A stretch of DNA of 63,577 nucleotides, counting the filler, from Octopus bimaculoides (lineage: Eukaryota), in NCBI RefSeq assembly GCF_001194135.2. It is 6 parts of 5 records of this genome, joined end to end, with 100 filler letters (N's around TTAATTAATTAA, not from the genome) between each part and the next. Parts side by side here need not be neighbours in the genome. Positions count along the whole stretch, not along the records: positions 1 to 20,177 come from NC_068982.1; 5 more parts are not named here. The stretch is one strand, 5' to 3'. Below the pieces are notes generated by a model that saw nothing but the letters and a program-made list of their open reading frames with translations, was not told the DNA's origin and did no database searches. Position numbers and translations under genes: made by a program. How positions within the stretch are numbered: the stretch's first letter is position 1; each line of letters opens with the position of its first letter. Shown here piece after piece: positions 1 through 10,559 of the stretch.

Positions 1-229
1 TATGATAATGATGAAGAAACGGAAGCGAATATGTTTGCCTGTGTCCGATTTTATGTAGCTATACGTTTGTGTATATTTGTTATGCATGTGTACCCCCTCT
101 CCCCCGATGCATGTGAGTATATATCAATTTGTGTGTATGCGTCTGTTTGTCGGTAAGTGTTAGTTTGTATGTTCACGTCTGATTTTAATGAAAATGTCGC
201 AGCGATTAGATTATAGGAAACGAAAGATA

Positions 230-800
230 ATTTAAAAAAGAAAACAACAGACGCAGAAAAACAGTGGTAAAGATATTAAAAAGTGAGGAACGCAGCTTGG
301 TAATAGTAGGGAAAAAGGGGACGAAAGGGAATTACAGAGATGAAAGAAAATATGATATGAAGGAAAGCTGTAAAAAGAATGAAAATAGAGTAGGAATGAA
401 GTGTTAAAAAGAAATAGAAAACGAAAAAGAAATAAAGAAAAATGGGGAGAAGGAATTAAAAAAGTAATAAAATAGATGTAAAGATGAATGAATTAAAAAA
501 TGAAAGAAAGGAACGGGTGTATATAAAAAATAAGTGGAAGGAGAGAATGCATGTATAGACAGAATAAATGAAAAGACAGGATGCTTTTATAGAGTAAAAG
601 TGATGTAGAGAATGGATGTATAGAAAAAATAGAGAGAATGAGCGAATAGAAAAGGTGAATGGAGAAAATAGATGGATAGAAAGAAGGAACAAAGGGGGAG
701 AATGAGTGTAAAGGAAGAATGAGCGAAAGAAGAGGATGCGTGTATAGACGAATGGAAACAATTGGTGGACAGAAAAACATGAACGAAGTGTATCCACGGG
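230..800 (+). repeat. Purine-rich low-complexity tract with degenerate GTGTATAGA-like units
   Basis: Nearly all A/G on + strand; the minus ORFs here (F/S/L/I-rich) are compositional artefacts. Confidence 0.6.
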
Positions 801-1126
801 GACAATAAATGCATTCACAATCGTCGGCAACAATCTGGCTCGCTTTTATTTTTAAACATTTTACAAAATGTGATTTTCAATATATTAAGTTCAATGTAAA
901 ACTCCATGTAGCCATTCCAATACAACAACAACAATAATAAAATACTAATAATATGGATAATGATAGTTATAAGTAAATAAATAAAAATCAGAGAATCAAC
1001 ACAGAATCTGTAGGAAAGGAGGTGAAAGAATTAAGCATCTCACCAGTGCATGCAGTAAGTTAGCACAAGAAGAGTATAAACGCAGTCATGATTATGTGGG
1101 TAAAAGATTGCATTGGAATGTTAGGC

Positions 1127-1131
<5 letters not shown>

Positions 1132-1192
<61 letters not shown>
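1132..1192 (+). repeat. (TAT)n microsatellite
   Basis: Direct reading. Confidence 0.95.
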
Positions 1193-1193
1193 G

Positions 1194-1376
1194 AAGGCGG
1201 TGAGCTGGTAGAATCGTTAGCATGCTGGGCACTATGCTTAGCAGCGTTTCGTCTGTCTACGATCTGAGTTCAAATTCCGCCAAGGTGGAATTTACTTTTC
1301 ATCCTATCGGGGTCGATGAAATAACTACATGTTAAACACTAGGATCAAAGTGATCGATTAGCCCCCACCCCACCCC
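1194..1376 (+). mobile_element. tRNA-derived SINE family A
   Basis: A-box-like GAGCTGGTAGAATCG, B-box GAGTTCAAATTCC, shared core TTTCATCCT.TCGGGGTCGAT.AAAT; more than 10 copies in window. Confidence 0.85.
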
Positions 1377-2209
1377 NNNNNNNNNNNNNNNNNNNNNNNN
1401 NNNNNNNNNNNNNNNNNNNNNNNNNNNNNNNNNNNNNNNNNNNNNNNNNNNNNNNNNNNNNNNNNNNNNNNNNNNNNNNNNNNNNNNNNNNNNNNNNNNN
1501 NNNNNNNNNNNNNNNNNNNNNNNNNNNNNNNNNNNNNNNNNNNNNNNNNNNNNNNNNNNNNNNNNNNNNNNNNNNNNNNNNNNNNNNNNNNNNNNNNNNN
1601 NNNNNNNNNNNNNNNNNNNNNNNNNNNNNNNNNNNNNNNNNNNNNNNNNNNNNNNNNNNNNNNNNNNNNNNNNNNNNNNNNNNNNNNNNNNNNNNNNNNN
1701 NNNNNNNNNNNNNNNNNNNNNNNNNNNNNNNNNNNNNNNNNNNNNNNNNNNNNNNNNNNNNNNNNNNNNNNNNNNNNNNNNNNNNNNNNNNNNNNNNNNN
1801 NNNNNNNNNNNNNNNNNNNNNNNNNNNNNNNNNNNNNNNNNNNNNNNNNNNNNNNNNNNNNNNNNNNNNNNNNNNNNNNNNNNNNNNNNNNNNNNNNNNN
1901 NNNNNNNNNNNNNNNNNNNNNNNNNNNNNNNNNNNNNNNNNNNNNNNNNNNNNNNNNNNNNNNNNNNNNNNNNNNNNNNNNNNNNNNNNNNNNNNNNNNN
2001 NNNNNNNNNNNNNNNNNNNNNNNNNNNNNNNNNNNNNNNNNNNNNNNNNNNNNNNNNNNNNNNNNNNNNNNNNNNNNNNNNNNNNNNNNNNNNNNNNNNN
2101 NNNNNNNNNNNNNNNNNNNNNNNNNNNNNNNNNNNNNNNNNNNNNNNNNNNNNNNNNNNNNNNNNNNNNNNNNNNNNNNNNNNNNNNNAACAAATAAAAG
2201 AATAAAAGA

Positions 2210-2214
2210 ATTAC

Positions 2215-2251
<37 letters not shown>

Positions 2252-2295
2252 GTTATTATTATTGTTATTGTTATTATTATTATTATTATTATTAT
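2210..2295 (+). repeat. (TAT)n microsatellite
   Basis: Direct reading. Confidence 0.95.
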
Positions 2296-2559
2296 GAAAA
2301 GCGTGAAGAAAGGAAGAGAGAGAGAGGGACGAAAGGAGAGGAAACTGGACACCAATGAAATGACGGCGGAAAGTGTATTGCAGCATCTCGGATGAAGAAA
2401 ATAAGCAGAGGAAAGGGAAAACGGGATGAGATTGCGAACATAAAAGTAGAGTCTGTCGATAAAATAAGAGATTTGTGTATATAAGAAAGATGAACGTCAT
2501 TAGCAAAGAGTAAAAGTAATTGAAAGGAAAAGATTTTAGAGAAATCATTATAAAAATAT

Positions 2560-3060
2560 AAGTAATATAAGTGTGTGAAAAATTACTTTTGTAAAAAGAC
2601 TCTCTTGTAAACAGTTTTACAGAACGAAGGATGTGGATCGGGGTGAGAGGTTCGTAGATTGTGTTGATAATGGATTGTAGTGTGTTTGTGGTGGCGAGGA
2701 GTGAAATGATATTGTGAAAGTAAATATTGTAGAGAACGAGGAAAGAATTGATATGGGTAGATGGAGAGAAGTGAATAGCGATGTTAGTATAGATTATTGA
2801 TAACAAACGTCGAGTGAAGTGATCGGTTTCCTCGCAGAAAGAAAATAAAGATAGAATAAAAGCTATTAGATGTAGTTAAGTTAGAGGAGGGAAGCAAAGA
2901 ATTGATAAATATCTGACTAATGAAGGATGAAATGTAGAGCTTGAAGCAGGCTTTAAGTGATAATGAATTCATAATGGTTGGAGTAGAATGTAAGAAGGAA
3001 GTGTGGAAATGACTTTTGGTAAGAGTGGAATAAGCGGCAAGGAAAGATAGATAGTGAAAT
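2560..3060 (-). pseudogene. Highly decayed Penelope-like reverse transcriptase remnant
   Basis: Minus-strand pieces AAYSTLTKSH (cf. FYxLPKIH), ISSFISQIFINSLL, TSLDV..IYTNIA (cf. SxDVxSLYTNIP) in the expected order, with frameshifts. Confidence 0.35.
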
Positions 3061-3329
3061 AAGAGAGATGAGATTGGATTGCGATTGTGAAATAAATAAA
3101 AAAAAAGGTGATGTAACAAGGAGAATATCTTGATAAACGAATTGCATCAGACTAATCTATTTTTGTATGGTACAATTCGACCAAAGAAATTCTACGTGAT
3201 TGCTGTACCTGTGAGAAACAGCAGTCAAATTTTCTTTAAAACACTCTACCATTTTGAAGACAAATGGCCATGACGCTTTTACTCGGGAGAGAAATAAGAT
3301 TAACAATAATCCTCACTGTGCTATTATCA

Positions 3330-3710
3330 TGGTACTCCGTCGGTTACGACGATAAGAATTCTAGTTGATCCGATCAACGGAACAACCTGCTCGTGAAATT
3401 AAGTTGCAAGTGGCTGAGCACTCCACGGACACGTGTACCCATAACGAAGTTCTCGGGGAGATTCAGCGTGACACAGAGTCTGACAAAGCTGGCCCTTTGA
3501 AATACAGATTCAACAGAAAGAGGAAGAAAGAGTGAGAGAAAGTTGTGGTGGAAGAGTACAGCAGGGTTCGCCACCAACTACTGACGGAGCCTCGTGGAGC
3601 TTTAGGTGTTTTCGCTCAATAAACACTCACAACGCCCGGTCTGGGAATCGAAACCGCGATCCTACAACCGCGAGTCTGCTGCCCTAACCACTGGGCCATT
3701 GCGCCTCCAC
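3330..3710 (-). mobile_element. tRNA-derived SINE family C, near full length
   Basis: Head GGAGGCGCAATGGCCCAGTGGTTAGGG...GGTTTCGATTCC (A and B boxes); homologous to 19425-19802 and 24580-24860. Confidence 0.85.
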
Positions 3711-4196
3711 TGTGTTATTATAGTCGAATGATTAAGCAACTAGCTATGGCATTATGAAGTCCTGGGTTCGTTCTCCTTGAATAGCATCTGCGGCATTTTT
3801 CTCTTACCATAGACTTGGGCTAACCTAGGCCTTGTGAGAAGAACTGAACTGACAGAACCCACATTGTTACATAACCAACTTCTTAACCACATCATTGTAT
3901 CTACGCCTATTTCTTTTGTATAATTATAGCAATTCTTATTTCAATTAAGAACTACATAACTTGATCTGATATAAACGCTGAACTAATGCATGCCTCGCAT
4001 CAATATTTGCCACAGCCTTAATATTACAATTTGCTTATAATTTTAAATATCTTACCAGTGACTTAACTGCTTGTCTCCATGCTGATGGCGTTCATTCCCA
4101 CTCGATTATGGTTAGTTTGAACTATCAGCATCTAGTGATTCCACCACACATATTTAAATTTATTCTCCACAGCTTTTACAATAAAATGTTTTGTTT

Positions 4197-4242
4197 CATA
4201 CATACATACATACATACATACATACATACATACATACATACA
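4197..4242 (+). repeat. (CATA)n microsatellite
   Basis: Direct reading. Confidence 0.95.
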
Positions 4243-4350
4243 AAAATGCCCTGTTGTTGATGTTGAAATTCCAATGAAGGAACCTTATATTTAGGTTAGA
4301 AACCGGTTCTTTCTCTATTGGTAAGAAATCTTGAAATAAACTGAATAATG
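4243..4350. mobile_element. About 110-bp dispersed repeat embedded in (CATA)n; second copy at 4797-4899
   Basis: Shared TTGATGTTG..AA.TCCAATGAAGGA.CCTT..ATTTAGGTTAG.AACC...AAGAAATCTTGAAATAAA.CTGAA.AATGA, flanked by CATA arrays in both copies. Confidence 0.7.
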
Positions 4351-4399
4351 ACATACATACATACATACATACATACATACATACGTACGTACATTACGT

Positions 4400-4770
4400 A
4401 CAGCTGCCCAGCGGATGTCAACATAAAGCTAAAGATCAACGATAAAAAGAACACCTACAATGAAATTCCGAGAAACTCACAGCTACCTGCATTACAAGTT
4501 CAGGTTTATACCTGTAATTATTGGGGCACTGGAATGTGTAACAAACTACTCAAAAACCTATCTTGAGAGATTAGGCTTCTCAAAACCAGAAAGGAGAAAG
4601 CTAATTCGAAAACTACAGATCCAATCCATCACTGGAACTGTAAAAATCTGTAAAACTTTCCACAAGTTTATCATTTAAATATATATGAGCATGTCTAGAT
4701 ATGCAACTATATGCATGAGACTGCGTAAAGCAAAACAAACAACTCTGCACATGCACAGACTCCAAATACT
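4400..4770 (+). mobile_element. 3' end of an RLE-type non-LTR retrotransposon (5'-truncated, frameshifted)
   Basis: SCPADVNIKLKINDKKNTY / YKFRFIPVIIGALECVTNYSKTYLERLGF..LIRKLQIQSITGTVKICKTFHKFII*, typical restriction-like endonuclease C-terminus. Confidence 0.8.
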
Positions 4771-4796
4771 GCATACATACACGCATACAAACATAC

Positions 4797-4899
4797 GCTA
4801 TTGATGTTGGTGAAAGTCCAATGAAGGAGCCTTGGATTTAGGTTAGCAACCAACTCTTTTCTTGCTGGCAAGAAATCTTGAAATAAAACTGAACAATGA
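4797..4899. mobile_element. Second copy of the 110-bp CATA-flanked repeat
   Basis: Homology to 4243-4350. Confidence 0.7.
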
Positions 4900-5297
4900 C
4901 ATACATACATAAAGACACGCATGCGCACAATCATAAAATGCAATTTTGTACGATAGCTACATATATTATATGATTTTATATGGTGGCTACAAGAAGGAAA
5001 ACGCCTCACTGTTGTTGTATGATTGCCAAATGGCCAGAAGTAGTCATTGCTTCATTTCTGAATCGGTAGTTGGTATTGGTGTTAGGTTTTCTCCTATTAA
5101 CACTGACGGATTGTTACTCTAGCGGTTCCTAAACCATATACGAGAGCTTCGGAAACAGTATTTCATGAAACGAACCAATGATCCGTTCTTACAATTGGCA
5201 TTTTGCATCTCTTTCAAATTTGGTATTATTTTTAGCTGAACACATTTTTCATTTCCTTACCAGGCGTAGCCAGACGTCACCACCATAACAGGAATAG

Positions 5298-5670
5298 AGG
5301 CGACGGCGACGACGACGACGACAGCCGTATATTTAAAACACTAACTGGAAATCGAATGAATAATGGCTGCCGTTTAAAATAGAAACTGCTGCCGATGTAC
5401 TGTTGATGATGGTCGCGGATGATAATGATGATGATGAGGATGAGGAGGAAGAGGAGGATGAGGGTGGTGTTAGATGATGATGATGATGATGTTGATGATG
5501 ATGATGATGAATACGACAGTTGCCAAGCCGACGGCGATGACAGACACATTTCAAAAAATGCATCGGATACGTCATCTTCATCATCATCATCATCATCACC
5601 ATCATCAATAGCAGCAGCAGTACCAACTGTAACAACAACAGCAACAACAACAACAACAACAACAGGATTA
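5298..5670. repeat. Mixed trinucleotide island (GAC, GAT, TCA, GCA, ACA)
   Basis: Direct reading; generates homopolymer ORFs on both strands. Confidence 0.85.
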
Positions 5671-5764
5671 ACACCATATAAAGAACACGAAACCAACAAA
5701 TTATAAGGGACATCGGTAGAAGAAATAGAAATGTCGATAGATATGTCAGGTTAAGCGGTGGCGT

Positions 5765-5950
5765 TAAACAGTTGTGGTCGGTGAATAAGTTGGTAGTAAT
5801 GCCAATAACTGCCGGAACTTTAGGACCAGTATTTAAGGATCTTGAGAAGTACGTTGAAGAAATAGGGGTTGCTATATGGATGGAACCCTTGCAAAAGACA
5901 TCGCTGCTGAGAGCGGCCCGAATACACTGGATGAGGTTTGAAAATTAAAG
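5765..5950 (+). mobile_element. R4/Dong-like RLE LINE 3' fragment
   Basis: KQLWSVNKLVVMPITAGTLGPVFKDLEKYVEEIG....EPLQKTSLLRAARI. Confidence 0.65.
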
Positions 5951-6004
5951 GATATTACATCTGTTCACTGGTAATAAATATCTGATATCGTAATGTATCC
6001 TGAA

Positions 6005-6553
6005 CGCTAGGAGCTGCTGAGAGGTGCACATTGTGGAAGAATGCCCCAAGTTGGCACAGGAAGAATATAAGAAATGGAGGCAAGACCAGATTGTAAAGGT
6101 TTTACACTGGAAACTGCCAGAAATGGAGATTTGAAGCTGGAAACACCGAATCGGAAGAGTCCTGGAATCGGAGAACTGTAAGATTTTGTGGGACTTTCCT
6201 ATTCAAACAGACAAGAAGTTAGGAAATAACAGACCAGACACAACGATTATAGATAAGGTAAAAGCGATCGGCGCATCATGCTCGTTCGATTCCAGGATCG
6301 TAAAGAAAGAGAACGAAAAACAAAAAAAAAACAAAAACAAAAAAACATACGATCCCTTAAAACTTGAAAAGGAAGAATTTGGAGCATGAGAACAGTAAAG
6401 ATTGTGCCTATAATAATTGATGCGTTGGGAACAGTAAGCCAAGATATAGACAAACGGCTGAAGGAAATTGAAACAGAATGCCCGGTAGAGCTCCTACAGA
6501 AAGTTTGTCTCTTAGGGACAGCAAGGGTTATCAGGAGGGTTCTAAGAACTTGA
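6005..6553 (+). mobile_element. R4/Dong-like RLE LINE 3' fragment (decayed zinc knuckle plus RLE)
   Basis: HIVEECPKLAQEEYKKWRQD..VLHWKL; KILWDFPIQTDKKLGNNRPD; VKIVPIIIDALGTV; ELLQKVCLLGTARVIRRVL*; frameshifts. Confidence 0.85.
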
Positions 6554-6559
6554 AAGACT

Positions 6560-6800
6560 ACGTTATTTACATTGTTTGTTGTTACCATAATGTTTCGGCT
6601 GATGTACTCTCCAGCCTTCATCAGGTGTTCTGGTGGAATTCCGAACCCAACCCTTTTTTTTCACTCATGGGATATTATTCTGTTCTCATTCCTAAGGTAT
6701 TCTTTTTTGCTGATGTTATTTTTTCTGTTGCTATTATTGAACTCAGAATCCGAGTGTTATTATCCCGCACTCTTATCCACTACGCTATATGCTCGTGGGC
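6560..6800 (-). mobile_element. Hammerhead-bearing tRNA-headed SINE, copy A (degenerate ribozyme 6584-6629)
   Basis: Minus: CTGATGA-A-GGCTG..CAGCC-GAAAC-ATT; decayed tRNA head at 6740-6800. Confidence 0.75.
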
Positions 6801-7069
6801 AACTATAGATGAAATTCTGGGCTTATAAACCTAATATTTTATATTTTCTTAATACTAGTTCCCATATTCTACTCATGTCTGCACTCGGTCTGCTTAGGAG
6901 GTTATTGACTCCTAACATATGTGCTGCCTCTTTTAATTTTCATATTTTCCAGGAGTGTTTTCTGTCTATTATTTTAATTTGATCATACAGAGGGAGGTGG
7001 TCTCCATTTCTCCATGCATGATCGAGACCACCTCCTCCTGTGGGATGAAGAGTACCCCGTTAGTCACAT

Positions 7070-7230
7070 AAAGCGTTGGGTTAAAAATTCCACCAGAACA
7101 CCTGATGAATGCTGGAGAGCACATCAGCCGAAATATTGTGGTAACAACAAACAAGGCGAGGAAACCTATCCGTCCATTGTAAATAATGTACATAATTCCT
7201 CATCTCAGAAATATCGAATAGTACTTGAAA
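7070..7230 (+). mobile_element. Hammerhead-bearing SINE, copy B (ribozyme 7098-7142)
   Basis: ACAC-CTGATGA-A-TGCTG..CAGCC-GAAATATT-GTG followed by the family tail ...GTAAATAATGTACATAATTCCTCATCTC. Confidence 0.75.
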
Positions 7231-7326
7231 GACAGCTGAAAACCTGTGGATACCTAAGGCTACAGGTAGTAACCCGCTACCCACAAAAATCCTGTCAGGA
7301 ATAAGACCGAACTTGAGTCAAACCAA

Positions 7327-7360
<34 letters not shown>
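7327..7360 (+). repeat. (TAA)n microsatellite
   Basis: Direct reading. Confidence 0.95.
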
Positions 7361-7361
<1 letters not shown>

Positions 7362-7800
7362 GGCTTCTCATCTTAACTGATTGGAAGTGTTATCTTGTAC
7401 ATGTTTTGCCTTGGTATAAAAGATGGGCTACGGCAAATATTCTGCTCGATACCACAGATTTGCTTGTCAGCTGTTTGACCTTAACCAGTCCCTTGGAGGT
7501 TGACGATATGTGCATCTCTGATCACGAGCAGAAGTAGCCATGTGTTGAGAGGAATTCTTTGGGGTTTGGATAATTCACCTCTGGAAATTTGGGGGTTTCG
7601 TTCAACATCCTTAAACAACTCTTATTCAGGGACCTTTTGAGCGGGATAGGCTACTCAACCTGAAGAAAATTCTAACTGACCCCCACCGCAAGATCATGCG
7701 CTGTTTCTCTTGATATGAGATCACCATGTCGCACACATATGGTTGTAATGCATGTGCCTTGTGTACCCTTATCAGACGGGTAGTCATGATATGTATATTG

Positions 7801-8010
7801 GAGTTCTATATTTAAGAGATGAGGAATTATGTACATTATTTACATTATTTACATTTGACGGATATTTCTCCTCAACTTGTTTGTTGTTAACACAACGTTT
7901 CGGCTGATATACCCTCCAGCCTTCATCAGGTGTCTTGGGGGAAATTTCCAACTTGGGTTCTCATTCCTAAGATATTTTCGATGTCATTATTATTATTATT
8001 ATTATTATTA

Positions 8011-8094
<84 letters not shown>

Positions 8095-8117
8095 TCACTG
8101 CCTGGGATCGAACTCGG
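7801..8117 (-). mobile_element. Hammerhead-bearing SINE, copy C, with long internal (TAA)n and partial tRNA head
   Basis: Tail, ribozyme, GAGAACCCAAGTTGGAAATTTCCCC spacer, (TTA)n at about 7985-8090, B-box GAGTTCGATCCC. Confidence 0.85.
7889..7934 (-). ncRNA. Minimal type I hammerhead ribozyme with intact core
   Basis: GACAC-CUGAUGA-A-GGCUG(GAGGGUAUAU)CAGCC-GAA-ACGU-U/GUGUU: stem I GACAC:GUGUU, stem II 5 bp, palindromic stem III AACGUU; predicted GUU cut between 7894 and 7893. Confidence 0.7.
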
Positions 8118-8139
8118 GTACTAGGGTACGAAGGTGAAA

Positions 8140-8290
8140 ATGATACCAGTAATAATTGGAGCATTGAATATGATAAAAAGGTATAAACAAAAATTTAGAA
8201 GTTACACCTGAACCATCAACACAACACAGTATCCGAAAAATAGCCGTTAGGAACAGCCCACATCTTACACAAGACACTATCAACTCCTGA
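8140..8290 (+). mobile_element. R4/Dong-like LINE 3' fragment
   Basis: KVKMIPVIIGALNMIK... motif. Confidence 0.55.
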
Positions 8291-9053
8291 CGTAGGGACT
8301 GTCTTATAAGGATCGGCGGGTCAATGACTGGGAAAATATACAGCGATAGAGTATAGCTAGATAAACAGAGAAAGAGAAGGGAGGAGGGAGACAGAACGGT
8401 ATTGTTCAACGCCAATAACATGAGGAGGAGGTGGTCTTCAGTAAAGATTAAATATGGCGATACACAAAGATAAGAAGACACGTTTGCGTAACGTGGAAAT
8501 AGAAGATAACAATGTGTGGGTTTATTCTTATTAATCCAGATAAAACCTACTCCAATAATCTACTCTTTCATCTGAGCTGTTTACTTTCGAAATAAGTATT
8601 ATCCCTACCTATCCCTAGATTAATAATATCCCTATAGTGACTTGAGTTACGTAAACAATCTTTCTCTTTCATTTTGAAAATTGATAGATCACACACCAGT
8701 GCTATAACTGGTTCCTTCCAGTTTATTTTGATTCTCAGGACAGATAAACTAGCGATTGATCTTTCGAATTTTTAGTGAGACCATTTCAATTCTCGTCATG
8801 TAGGCTGTGCGGTTAAGAAAGCCACGGCCACCTTGAGCAAGTGTCTTCTACCATAGCCCCGGATTCACTGTCTCGTGAACTTGGTAAAAGGCGACTGTGT
8901 GGAAATGCTCAGGGCATATGAATTTAATATTTAATTAATTCGCTGAGTATTAATTGAAACAGCTGTAAGGGATGATGATTGATATTTTGTTAATAATAAA
9001 CACTTATTAACTTCCCAATCTTCATTTTCTTTTCTTTTTCTTATCTATCTATC

Positions 9054-9058
<5 letters not shown>

Positions 9059-9127
<69 letters not shown>
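9059..9127 (+). repeat. (CA)n microsatellite
   Basis: Direct reading. Confidence 0.95.
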
Positions 9128-9128
<1 letters not shown>

Positions 9129-9129
9129 C

Positions 9130-9340
9130 TGTGTATTTGTATTTGTTCCCCTATCACCGTTGCTTGGCAACCGGGGATTGTTTACTTTCCTGTAACTTAA
9201 CAGTTCGGCAAAAATAACCGATAGAATAAGTAGCAGACTTTTAAAAGGCATAATTACTGGGGACGATTCGTTCGATTGAAGCCTTAAAATCAGTGATCCA
9301 GCTGGGCCGCCACCTAGTAACTGAAACAAGTAACAGATAA
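9130..9340 (+). mobile_element. SINE family B (CORE-like) tail fragment
   Basis: CAGTTCGGCAAAA.TAACCGATAGAATAAGTA...GTAACTGAAACAAGTA; reverse complement of the tail at 28780-28960. Confidence 0.7.
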
Positions 9341-9769
9341 ACAGATAAAAGACATTGATTAATTGGAGGTCGAGTTTGTGTATTGGAACACAACTTCCGG
9401 TTTGAACACGACTTCCGGTCAAATATTGGCTTCTCCGTTGAAGCAAAACATCATCCAATCTGTAGTATCATAATTGTCTTTGTGAAAGGCATCGATGTCT
9501 TCTTTGTGATTTGCTTAGAATAAGAATCTTATCATCCCTAGGCTTTTACCGGAACTCTAACGACATCGATGGGAACAATGGGTAGTCGCCCGGGGCCTCA
9601 CGGGTCGAAGGGTCCAAGTCTAGTCTAAGTATGTTGTGACTTGCTGTCAAAAGGAAATACTATAGGGCCCGTTGCATTGATTTGCTCCTGAGTGGTTGGT
9701 GAAGTGAGAAATGAAACAAGGCTCAGGGGTTGCTGAAGAAAGACCAGATCAAAAGATCGAATGCTACTC

Positions 9770-9940
9770 ACTCTCATAGACCTGGGCCAAATGTTTGCGA
9801 GAGTAGAAGCAAGGAATTTTGGGCGATGTATTTATTCGTTGTTCTGTTTCACACTACGATCGGGTTTCTTGGATGTTTTTGCTGGACTCACAAAGTTACT
9901 AGCAACTGGGGCCCGTTCTCTGGATTGCGAACAATCTCCT
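9770..9940 (-). pseudogene. Possible PLE GIY-YIG C-terminal remnant
   Basis: GDCSQSRERAPVASNFVSP...KFLASTLANIWPRSM loosely resembles the PVAxHF...IxxLxTxxPxG pattern. Confidence 0.25.
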
Positions 9941-10177
9941 TCGCTTCCTTCTTCCTTTCCTCCATCCCTTCCACTCTTCTTCCTTCCCTCTCTTCCACCT
10001 ACCAGTCATAGAGACCCTGAAAACAACAAGGGGTCAAGAGCACTTCCGTTTCTACTCTGTCTAGTCAATACAAGCAAATTTTCCTCTAAAGGTACACAGG
10101 GCCAAAGGATGGGGTTAAAACGAACGACGGAAAAAGCTCAACCTCGAAGAACGGGCAACAAACACTACAGCAGGCTT

Positions 10178-10325
10178 TTTCACGTTTCGGTCATTTGACT
10201 GCGGCTATGCTGGGGCACCGCCTTGAAGAATTTTCATTCGAATGAATCGACCCCAGCACTTTTTTTAAAGCCTGGTACTTATTCTATCGGCCACTTTTGC
10301 CGAATCGCTATGTTATGAAGACATA
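10178..10325 (-). mobile_element. SINE family B tail
   Basis: GTCATTTGACTGCGGCTATGCTGGGGCACCGCC...CTGGTACTTATTCTATCGG. Confidence 0.8.
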
Positions 10326-10559
10326 ACCACAGACATAACCACAGACAAACAGACATAACCACGCGCGCGCGCGCATACATACACACAAATATATATACAT
10401 ATATACATATACACACACGAGTGTGTATGACTGTGTATAGAAGATATATTACTTAAAGAAATTCCAACTTTGATTTTCACGTTTTATTTACAATCTTATA
10501 ATAATATAATAAGATAATATGATGAAATGATAGAATATTAAATGTCCATTCTCATTGAA

